From NCBI GenBank assembly GCA_034408725.1, contig JAWXCN010000213.1:1-25994 (forward strand): 25,994 nt of DNA. Reading direction: 5' to 3'. The position numbers were made by a program, and so were the translations under genes. The notes under the pieces are model-generated. The model did no database searches and was not told the origin of the DNA. It saw only the letters and a list, made by a program, of their open reading frames with translations. The first letter of the stretch is position 1; every line of letters starts with the position of its first letter. Below, piece after piece: positions 9,483 through 17,027 of this stretch. Source of the DNA: Candidatus Hydrogenedentota bacterium. GTDB lineage: Bacteria; Hydrogenedentota; Hydrogenedentia; Hydrogenedentales; SLHB01.

Positions 9483-9744
9483 AGTGCATATTCCTCACTT
9501 CTTATGTTAAAGACTTGCGCAATTGTCCGATGATCACGCGCGTGCCGAAATCAAGGCAGCGGTTCAAGCTATCGAAGCAGCCAAAACGTTCGCAGAGATT
9601 TCAAACATCAAGAAAATCCATGGCCGCACCCATTACTACCGAATCCGCGTCGGGAATTACGGGGTGGGAATAACTTTCGAGTCGAATTGCATCACTTTTC
9701 TCAGATGCTTGAACCGCTCGGACATTTACAAGCACTTTCCTTAG
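9479..9744 (+). pseudogene. RelE/ParE family toxin, frameshifted (1-nt deletion near 9521-9522)
   Basis: The N-terminus MKCIFLTSYVKDLR is in one frame and LSDDHARAEI...NIKKIHGRTHYYRIRVGNY...RSDIYKHFP is in another. Adding one A at CGC AA TTG restores R-K-L and a typical ~88-aa RelE. Confidence 0.8.
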
Positions 9745-9764
9745 TTAAACTCACGTTGAAACGC

Positions 9765-11297
9765 CTACGCAAAATGCTCCTGCAAGAATCTCAAATCCAG
9801 TTCCGGATATACCGGATACCGATCCAACAGTTCCTTCACCCGCGCCTTCGCAGCGTCCAGTGCTTTCGCGTCGATCGTATAGTTAATCTTGCTCGGCTTG
9901 CCGGCGTTTGCACCTGATTCCACTACGCCCGGCTTGGTGTTCGACAACGCATGCTTGATGATTCCCGCGATCTCTTTCATTTCTGCCGCGCCCATGCCGA
10001 GTGTCGTGATCGCAGGCGTGCCGAGGCGCAGGCCACTGGTGACCAATGGCGTATTTTTATCAAAAGGGATTGTGTTCTTGTTCAATGTGATGCCACATTC
10101 GCGCAGCGCGCCCGCGGCTTGACGGCCCGTGAGACCAAACGTCGTCGCGTCGATCAGCATGAGATGGTTGTCCGTGCCGCCGGATATGATTGTCATCCCT
10201 TCACTAACGCAGGCTTCCGCGAGCGTTCGCGCGTTTTCGACAATCTTGTGCGCGTAAGTTTTGAACGCCGGTTTGTTGGCTTCCGTGAATGCGACGCCCT
10301 TCGCAGCCATCACGTGCGCGAGTGGTCCGCCAAGCACCATCGGGCAACCCTTGTCGACGTATTCGCCGAACTCTTTGGTGGACAGAACAACGCCGCCGCG
10401 CGGACCGCGCAGTGTTTTGTGGGTGGTTGAAGTTACGACGTGCGCGTGCGGAAACGGGCTGAAATCGCCCGTAAACACGCCGCCCGCGACAAGGCCCGCA
10501 AAATGCGCCATGTCCACCATCAGCACTGCGCCCGCCTTGTCCGCAATCGCGCGCATGCGCCGGAAATCGATTGCGCGTGGATACGCGCTGTACCCCGCGA
10601 GCAGGATTAGCGGCTTCACTTCGGTCGCTTGTTTTTCGATTGCATCGTAATCGAGCAAATGCGTTTCGGGATGCACGCCGTAGGTGAATGCTTCAAACAT
10701 CTTTCCCGACACGTTGTGCCGATAGCCATGGGTGAGGTGTCCGCCCGCGGCAAGGTTGAGCCCGAGCAGCCGCTGGCTTCCCATTTCCTTCCGGATTGTC
10801 TCCCAATCCTCATGCGACAACGCGCTCGGGTCTTTCGCATCCAGCGCCGCCAGCCTGGGCACGGTTACGCGGGCCTGGATAATCGCCCAGAACGCTACCA
10901 TGTTCGCATCGGCCCCGCTGTGCGGCTGCACGTATGCATGGTCGCAGCCGAACAGTTTGCAGGCCTCCGCGCAGGCGTATGCCTCAATGTCGTCAATATT
11001 GTCGCAGCCTTCATAGAAACGGGTTCCGGGAAACCCTTCGGCGTATTTATCGGTCAGGAGATTCGCCATCGCCGCCTGCGTAGCCAGCGAGCAGTAATTT
11101 TCGCTGGCTATGAGCTTGAGGTATGCGCGCTGGTCCGCGAGTTCCTGCACGACACCGCGCGCAACATCCGGCGCGACCGAAGCCACCTGCACAAGGTTTG
11201 CAATGTACGCCAGGAACCCCGGATGGATGTCGCCGGGATCGGTTTTGGCGAGATACGCGGCAATCGCGGAATTCGTCGAAGAAATGGTTATGGCCAC
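9765..11297 (-). CDS. glyA: Serine hydroxymethyltransferase (long form)
   Basis: LIASENY, KYAEGFPG, QPHSGADAN, GGHLTHG, DMAHFAGLVA, PLP-lysine motif STTHKTLRGPRGG, SGLRLGT. GTG start at 11297 with AGGAG upstream. Confidence 0.96.
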   Translation of the reverse strand: MAITISSTNSAIAAYLAKTDPGDIHPGFLAYIANLVQVASVAPDVARGVVQELADQRAYLKLIASENYCSLATQAAMANLLTDKYAEGFPGTRFYEGCDNIDDIEAYACAEACKLFGCDHAYVQPHSGADANMVAFWAIIQARVTVPRLAALDAKDPSALSHEDWETIRKEMGSQRLLGLNLAAGGHLTHGYRHNVSGKMFEAFTYGVHPETHLLDYDAIEKQATEVKPLILLAGYSAYPRAIDFRRMRAIADKAGAVLMVDMAHFAGLVAGGVFTGDFSPFPHAHVVTSTTHKTLRGPRGGVVLSTKEFGEYVDKGCPMVLGGPLAHVMAAKGVAFTEANKPAFKTYAHKIVENARTLAEACVSEGMTIISGGTDNHLMLIDATTFGLTGRQAAGALRECGITLNKNTIPFDKNTPLVTSGLRLGTPAITTLGMGAAEMKEIAGIIKHALSNTKPGVVESGANAGKPSKINYTIDAKALDAAKARVKELLDRYPVYPELDLRFLQEHFA

Positions 11298-11392
11298 GGG
11301 TTCATCTCCTGCATGAAAGGTGCGAATGCGCGGCGACTGCCGAGCAACGCGGATCGTACTCGCGCTCCAGTAGCGATTCAATGAACCCGTGG
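11294..11392 (-). promoter_or_regulatory. Structured glyA 5' leader, candidate riboswitch-like element
   Basis: Perfect 12-bp inverted repeat CCACGGGTTCAT/ATGAACCCGTGG (11294-11305 and 11381-11392), one arm of which includes the GTG start. Internal hairpin AUCG(C)UACU-GGAGCGCG-AGUACGAU. Confidence 0.4.
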
Positions 11393-11434
11393 TTGTGGCG
11401 TTTGACGGCCCGGACGAACTCGCAGGTCTTCTAT

Positions 11435-11467
11435 GTCCACTCGGTCCATTTAGTCCACCTCGTCCAC
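11435..11467. repeat. Four GTCCAY units at 9-nt periodicity
   Basis: gtccac-tcg-gtccat-tta-gtccac-ctc-gtccac. Confidence 0.8.
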
Positions 11468-11475
11468 ACTGCTTT

Positions 11476-11504
11476 TTGCAACGTCTGCGCAACACGCCTA
11501 TCAT
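11476..11504 (+). promoter_or_regulatory. Putative sigma70 promoter of the PilZ gene
   Basis: TTGCAA-N17-TATCAT, 36 nt upstream of ATG 11541. Confidence 0.55.
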
Positions 11505-11540
11505 GGGTGACCGTTGCCGAATCGCTTAGCGGGGGAATTT

Positions 11541-12620
11541 ATGGGGACAGGCTCGCCATTCACCGGTGCTCTTTTCTGGATGGTCGTTGTGTGCCTTGTC
11601 TTGCTTGCGTTAGCGGTTCTGGTCGAGTTTGTGCGGCAACGCCGGGTAAAGCGGTCGCGAGTTGTCGGCATGTGGGACTCGGTCGAAAGCATCGCGCGGG
11701 AAAAGGAATTGACGGCCGAAGAAGAGGCCGTGCTTTCTGAATTGCTGCGGCGCTGGTCGCCGGACGAGCCGCACCGCGCGGCCACTGTACACGAGTATTT
11801 TGACGAATGCGTGGAGGCGGAGATGCAGGCCATCCGGGCCACAGGCGACCTGGAGGAATTTGAGCGCATCGGTACGGTGTTGCGCGATGTGCGCACGCGA
11901 TTGGCGCTGGACGTAGCGCCGATCGGCCAGCGCATTTTTTCGACGCGGCAGCTCTATAGCCCGCAGGAAGTTTGGTTCGTCGACGCGGCGGAAAGCCCGC
12001 CGCGATGGAAACGGGGACTGGTGCAAACGGTAAACGAGGCGTATTTCACAGTGGGCATGGCGGTTGACGTCGATCCGCCGCGCTATACCCCCGGTATGGA
12101 CGTGCGGTTTCGCCTGTACCGTGACGACGACGCGCGGTACACCTACACCACAAAATTTGTGCGGCGCGAAGCGAACCCTCCGGGCTTGGCGTTCGATCAC
12201 ACGTCGGTGCTCGACCGCATTCAGTCGCGCGAGCATTATCGCGTGCGCCACGAACAGAGCACGAACATCGGCGTGATGGACGGCGCCGTGGATGGGAATC
12301 CCCGTGAAACGGAGTCGCGGCGCGTGGTGACGCGGCTGCGCGGAAAAATTGTGAATATCAGCGCGGGCGGGCTGGCAGTCGTTGTGCCGCAACCCGTGCC
12401 GTCGCAGGTGTTGATGCGGGTGGGAGTGGATTTGCCAATGGAACGCACCATTACCTTCGAAGTGGACGCGCGTATTGTGGCGATCAATCCGCTGCCCGCG
12501 GGACGTTATCTGCTGCGCGGCGCGTTTGTGCGCGTCGCGGATGAGGATCGTGAGGCAATCGCGCGATACGTCATGTTTAAGCAACAGCAATATATCGAAA
12601 TGACTGGTCAGGCAGGGTAG
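11541..12620 (+). CDS. Membrane-anchored PilZ-domain (YcgR/flagellar-brake-like) c-di-GMP effector
   Basis: N-terminal TM helix; PilZ motifs RxxxR (QSREHYRV) and NxSxGG (NISAGG) after a YcgR-N-like beta domain. Confidence 0.85.
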   Translation: MGTGSPFTGALFWMVVVCLVLLALAVLVEFVRQRRVKRSRVVGMWDSVESIAREKELTAEEEAVLSELLRRWSPDEPHRAATVHEYFDECVEAEMQAIRATGDLEEFERIGTVLRDVRTRLALDVAPIGQRIFSTRQLYSPQEVWFVDAAESPPRWKRGLVQTVNEAYFTVGMAVDVDPPRYTPGMDVRFRLYRDDDARYTYTTKFVRREANPPGLAFDHTSVLDRIQSREHYRVRHEQSTNIGVMDGAVDGNPRETESRRVVTRLRGKIVNISAGGLAVVVPQPVPSQVLMRVGVDLPMERTITFEVDARIVAINPLPAGRYLLRGAFVRVADEDREAIARYVMFKQQQYIEMTGQAG

Positions 12621-12626
12621 TTCACC

Positions 12627-13388
12627 GTGGAGTTGTTACGAAACGCGTCGGATTCGTTGAAGCGGCATCTTCCAACCCTTGCGCTATACGTCGGCGGCGG
12701 CGTGCTCATGGGATTGGCGACCTCGGCCGTCAGAATTTTTATCGAGTACCGCTATCCCGAATTGAAGGAGCCGCCGTTCCCCACCGAGGTAAACGCGATA
12801 CACGTCGTATCGTTCATTGCTGTCAGCGCAATAACGGCATTGTTGCAGACCATTGTGTTTTCCCGGATGGGGCGGGACATTGACCGGCCCCTGTGGAAAG
12901 TACGCGACGACCGGGAAGCGATGCAACGATTTTATATGATGTGGTTTGAATTCAATCTCATTACGAACACGCTACTGTGGCTTGCAAACGTGCCACTGGG
13001 CGTCGAAGGGCTCGAGCCACTAAATCTGTTCATGCTGTTGATGGGGCTCGGCGCGGCGATTATCATCGTGCCATTCGGTTCCGCCGTGATGTTTCATGGC
13101 CGGTTCACCTGGGGCACGCTCGGCGAAAGCCTTCTGCCGTTGGGAAAGCGGTTGATCCAGGTCGCGCCGGTGTTCCTCATAACATCATTTCAAATCATGA
13201 TATGGGTATATACCTCACTCATGTTTCCCGCGGATATTGCCAGTACGCGGTCTGTCGCCACGCATATCGGCGCTAGCGTCGTACACGACGCAATCGTATT
13301 CTATCTTGATTGCCTGGTGTTTGCGGCGGTGTGGCTCACCTGCAAGGAAGACCGCGATTCGCCGGACGAACTCGATCTGGACTTTTAG
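12627..13388 (+). CDS. Hypothetical polytopic membrane protein (about 6 TM)
   Basis: 253-aa ORF with several hydrophobic helices, 6 nt after the PilZ stop; acidic C-terminal tail. Confidence 0.75.
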   Translation: MELLRNASDSLKRHLPTLALYVGGGVLMGLATSAVRIFIEYRYPELKEPPFPTEVNAIHVVSFIAVSAITALLQTIVFSRMGRDIDRPLWKVRDDREAMQRFYMMWFEFNLITNTLLWLANVPLGVEGLEPLNLFMLLMGLGAAIIIVPFGSAVMFHGRFTWGTLGESLLPLGKRLIQVAPVFLITSFQIMIWVYTSLMFPADIASTRSVATHIGASVVHDAIVFYLDCLVFAAVWLTCKEDRDSPDELDLDF

Positions 13389-13438
13389 GGTGGTTGCGCG
13401 GCGGTCCAAACATTTCGCGCGGACGGCGTAACGCCGTC

Positions 13439-14020
13439 ATGACAGGCAAGAAGAGTCCTGTAGTGCGAACCGCCAAATCCCGGCGCCGGCGCAACGGCTG
13501 TATCCTCACTGCGTTTTTTGGTGGATTCGCCGCAATCAGTTTGGTCCTGGGCTACATCATCATCGCGATCAGCACCCCACCGGGATCGCCCAAGGCTGAA
13601 ATGTATCGCACGGAATCAGCGCTTACCGCACTCGTGACAGCCGTGAATACGTACAAGGCCGATCTCGGAATGTACCCGCCCGCGGGCCAGGATGGTCTGG
13701 TGCGGGCGATGCGGCACTTATCGAAAACGGCAAACTACATGCCGCAAACCGAAGCGCTGGATTCGTGGGGCAACCCGTTCATCTATGCGCCGAGCGATTC
13801 ATATGCATCGACAAATTCCGGTGCCATGCGGGACGACAACGCGTATTACGCTCCGGACACCTACCAGTTGTATTCCGTGGGCATGGACGGCGACGCCGGC
13901 GCCAATTCCATTTACAAGCAAATGGATAACATCACCAACTGGGACGGTGAGAAACCCTGGCGCGAAACGTATCATCGCCGGCACCAGGAATTCTTTCTCA
14001 AACGCGGCACGGTGCAGTAA
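13439..14020 (+). CDS. GspG-like (T2SSG domain) pseudopilin-related protein
   Basis: Basic N-terminus and TM helix, ALVTAVNTYKADLGMYP, DSWGNPFIY, YQLYSVGMDG, DNITNW. Confidence 0.75.
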   Translation: MTGKKSPVVRTAKSRRRRNGCILTAFFGGFAAISLVLGYIIIAISTPPGSPKAEMYRTESALTALVTAVNTYKADLGMYPPAGQDGLVRAMRHLSKTANYMPQTEALDSWGNPFIYAPSDSYASTNSGAMRDDNAYYAPDTYQLYSVGMDGDAGANSIYKQMDNITNWDGEKPWRETYHRRHQEFFLKRGTVQ

Positions 14021-14056
14021 GCCCACTTTTTTGGCATTCAGGTTTTTTGCGGCACG

Positions 14057-14270
14057 CCTTGGAGTGCGGTAACGACAGCTACCGCTTTGGGGTGGCAGTG
14101 AGCCTTGCCCTGTGCAGGAGATACGACCATCTGTGATAAACAGCCAAAGCGGCGCCTTGGGGGCCGCCGCAGTCCAAATAGGCTTTTTAGAAAATCTTAC
14201 TTACAGCGGATGATACGAAGCGCTGGAAGGTTCCGAATAGAAAGCGGCAGCTACCGCAGCCACCGCTTCT
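14057..14270. repeat. REP/REPIN-like palindrome cluster
   Basis: CCTTGGAGTGCGGTA..TACCGCTTT, then AAAGCGGCG..CGCCGCAGTCCAAA, then AAAGCGGCAGCTACCGC; homologous to 20694-20793 and 25913-25994. Confidence 0.8.
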
Positions 14271-14275
14271 AGCTT

Positions 14276-15376
14276 TCAGCCACGCGCATGCACATCGCCC
14301 GACTGCATCGCCCCGCGGACCATAATGAACTCCGACAAGTTGTTCAGGGTCAGCAACCCGATTAGCGTACTGTTTTCCATCACTGGAAACGTCGGCGTAG
14401 CGCTCGATTGCAGTTTCGGCATGACCTCTTCAAGCCGCGCATCGGCGCTGCACGATTCAAATTCGCGGTTCATCGCATCGCCCACGCGCCCCTGCGGGCC
14501 TGCACTGGTCAAGGCCTTGATCAATCCATGATACGTGAGCACGCCGACAACGTGGCCCGCGTCGTCGATGACCGGAAAATCTTGTTGGAACCCGGTGAAG
14601 ATGTCTTCCACTGCGGCTGACAGGGGATCAAACGGGGACAATGCGCGGAACTTGGTGATCATTGCCTGGCGGACGCGCGCATCGCCGAGCACAGATTTCA
14701 CTTGCGCGTACGAGGCCTCGCCCTCCGCGCCCAGCCACACAAATAGCGCAATGAACAAGAGCATGAAATTACCCATGAGACCGAAAAACACAAATACCAA
14801 CGCCATCGCCTGGCCAATGCTCGCGGCGATACGCGTGGCTTGGGCAAATGGAAGGCGCGTCGCCAATAGAGCGCGCAACACCCGCCCGCCATCCATCGGA
14901 AACGCCGGCAACATGTTGAACAGCACCAGGTATACGTTCACGGTATAGAACCGATCCAGCAGGGTTGCGTCCACGCTCATGTCCGCGGGCCACAATGTAA
15001 ATGTGCCTCTGGCTGCCATCACGGCGAGCGCGCCGATGGCCAGCGCCACGTTCACCGCGGGTCCCGCAATCGCGACCCAGAACTCCTGCCAGGGCTTGTC
15101 CGGCATGCGTTCGAGCCGCGCGAGCCCGCCAATCGGCAGCAGCGTGATGTCTTTCGTCTCGATGCCGTATCGCCGCGCCATCAGCGAGTGGCCGAGTTCG
15201 TGCATCAGCACTATGCCGAACAACACGGAAATGGAGAGCACGCCAATAACAAATTGTGCAACGGTCCCGTTGGACGAAATATGTCCCACCGCGATCCACG
15301 CCAGCAGAATGAGAAACGTCCAATGAATATAAACCGAAATTCCGAACAGGGACCCGGCCCGAAAAGACCATTTCAC
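14276..15376 (-). CDS. Site-2 protease (M50 family) with tandem CBS domains
   Basis: HELGH, LLPIGG, AGPAVN, NMLPAFPMDGGR, C-terminal CBS pair. GTG start with AAGGAG. Confidence 0.93.
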   Translation of the reverse strand: MKWSFRAGSLFGISVYIHWTFLILLAWIAVGHISSNGTVAQFVIGVLSISVLFGIVLMHELGHSLMARRYGIETKDITLLPIGGLARLERMPDKPWQEFWVAIAGPAVNVALAIGALAVMAARGTFTLWPADMSVDATLLDRFYTVNVYLVLFNMLPAFPMDGGRVLRALLATRLPFAQATRIAASIGQAMALVFVFFGLMGNFMLLFIALFVWLGAEGEASYAQVKSVLGDARVRQAMITKFRALSPFDPLSAAVEDIFTGFQQDFPVIDDAGHVVGVLTYHGLIKALTSAGPQGRVGDAMNREFESCSADARLEEVMPKLQSSATPTFPVMENSTLIGLLTLNNLSEFIMVRGAMQSGDVHARG

Positions 15377-15525
15377 GCGCGCGCTCTCCTTTGAATAAAT
15401 TGTTCGGATATAAGAGGCATCAGCTCAGTAACAGTATACCCAACTTGGTTATGCCGTGGCTGGACGCGAAGCTTGAACTATGTGCATTCCCCAAGACGGA
15501 AGTGGGAACAAGGAAGATCACGCAG

Positions 15526-15553
15526 AAGGGGCGGCAATTGCTCGCCGCCCCTT
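15526..15553 (-). terminator. Hairpin downstream of the radical SAM gene, probable terminator
   Basis: 10-bp stem AAGGGGCGGC/GCCGCCCCTT with an 8-nt loop, 27 nt after the stop; weak U-tract. Confidence 0.6.
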
Positions 15554-15580
15554 ACGAAATTTCAATTGCAGAACTGCGAC

Positions 15581-16921
15581 TTACTTCGCCCAGGCCTCGT
15601 CTTCGCGTTCAACAACCTTGCGCTGTTCTTTGATGAAATGCTTCGGATCGTCAATGGGCGTGCCTTGTATTGGCGTGGCTTCCGCTGTGCCGAAGAGATC
15701 GGCGTAATCGCCGTGGAACCCGTCGCAAATGCGGCGCGCGGCACAAGTGTCGCACGCTTCGTGATACCGGTACCCGGCGTCATACTTTGCGCGGATCATC
15801 GCTTCCTCGCGGTACATTTCCTCGGTGCCGCGAACCGCCTGCTCGACCCGCGCGACGACGTGTTGCGCGCCGAACACGAACCGCGCGACTGTCGGCCGGT
15901 CGACCGCGAAATCGCGCATTTTGTGCGCCATGCCCATGATCTGCCGGTCGCGCATGCCGATGCGGAACGCGGGAACGAGCCCGCCTTCCTTCATGCGCTG
16001 CGGCTGCAGTCCGGTCCACATCCAGCTCTGGTAGTCCCACTCGTGGTGGTCGTATGAAAGCTGCTGGAAATTGTAGAAGTTTTTCTTGTGTCGATCCTCG
16101 GCCATGCACAACGGCAGATACCGCACGTTGCATTCGATGTCCGCGGCTTCGAGCATATCCATCGCTTCAGTCAGGTAAGGCTTGATGTCCGTATACTTTG
16201 CTACGTTGTCGTGCGTGCGGATACCCGTCTCCTGGTCTTCAAACGGGTTGAACGCGAGATAGTTCACCGCATTCGCGCCATAATCAATGGCCTTCTGGGC
16301 GATCTGCGGAAGAATCTCGACCACGGGCTTAGACATCGTGCAGTTAAACCGGAACGGGACGCCAATCTCCTGCATGCGTCCAATCGCCGCTGTAATCTTT
16401 TCGTATGCGCCCTTCTTGCACACAACCTCGTCGTGAATATCGCCGATGCCGTGCAGGCTGCACAGAAAGTCGCGGATGCCCGCGTCGCGGAATTTTTCGA
16501 GGTTCCCCGGCTTCGCGAGGTGCAGGCCGTTTGTGATGAGCGTCGGATAGAGGCCAATATCGTGGCAGTGCCGGATAAGATCAAGGATGTGCGGGTAGAT
16601 CGTCGGTTCGCCGCCTTGAATATCGATCGAGGTGCATCCATAGAACTCGCGCAGGATCGTACACATGTCCTTCGCCTTCTGGATGTCCATGAAGGGGTGT
16701 TCGGGATGGTGGGCGTCGTCGATCCGGTTCAGGAAGTAACAGAAATAGCAGCGCAGGTTGCACGTCTGCCCGAGCCACATCACCGCGCGCTTCGTCAGCA
16801 CGCGCTTTTGCGTCTTGTCCAGCGCCAAACTCTTCCAGTTTCCGCCGTTGTATTTGGCGGGGAGCGCCTCCGGCGTAATTTCAGCGGCTGGAGTGCCGAG
16901 AGTTGCTGTTTCCGGCGTCAT
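15581..16921 (-). CDS. Radical SAM protein with C-terminal auxiliary Cys cluster (SPASM/twitch-like)
   Basis: CNLRCYFC (CxxxCxxC), GGEPT, ITNG, YLPLC, C-terminal CDTCAARRICDG. ATG at 16921 with GGAGAGG; TATAAT at 16960-16965 (minus strand). Confidence 0.9.
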   Translation of the reverse strand: MTPETATLGTPAAEITPEALPAKYNGGNWKSLALDKTQKRVLTKRAVMWLGQTCNLRCYFCYFLNRIDDAHHPEHPFMDIQKAKDMCTILREFYGCTSIDIQGGEPTIYPHILDLIRHCHDIGLYPTLITNGLHLAKPGNLEKFRDAGIRDFLCSLHGIGDIHDEVVCKKGAYEKITAAIGRMQEIGVPFRFNCTMSKPVVEILPQIAQKAIDYGANAVNYLAFNPFEDQETGIRTHDNVAKYTDIKPYLTEAMDMLEAADIECNVRYLPLCMAEDRHKKNFYNFQQLSYDHHEWDYQSWMWTGLQPQRMKEGGLVPAFRIGMRDRQIMGMAHKMRDFAVDRPTVARFVFGAQHVVARVEQAVRGTEEMYREEAMIRAKYDAGYRYHEACDTCAARRICDGFHGDYADLFGTAEATPIQGTPIDDPKHFIKEQRKVVEREDEAWAK

Positions 16922-17027
16922 GAATACCTCTCCCGTAGTTGCGGCACAGGGCACTCCGAATTATACCCCAAGGCAGCAAAACCGTGTCTACCAGGTTATG
17001 TCCGAGCCCAGTACTAAATCCGCCCGG

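Noticed and set aside
9511-9530. Programmed -1 frameshift in the RelE toxin
   Set aside because: No X XXY YYZ slippery heptamer or obvious stimulatory structure; mutation or assembly error is simpler.
11298-11504. N-terminal extension of GlyA in the 579-aa ORF
   Set aside because: It runs through the leader, repeats and divergent promoter; the SD supports GTG at 11297.
14057-14270. Possible CRISPR array or tRNA
   Set aside because: The repeats are inverted, degenerate and irregularly spaced; there are no cas genes and no cloverleaf or T-loop.
15391-15633. Small ORFs near the radical SAM gene as RiPP precursors
   Set aside because: They span the terminator and site-2 protease promoter region, lack an RBS, and show no precursor-like motif.
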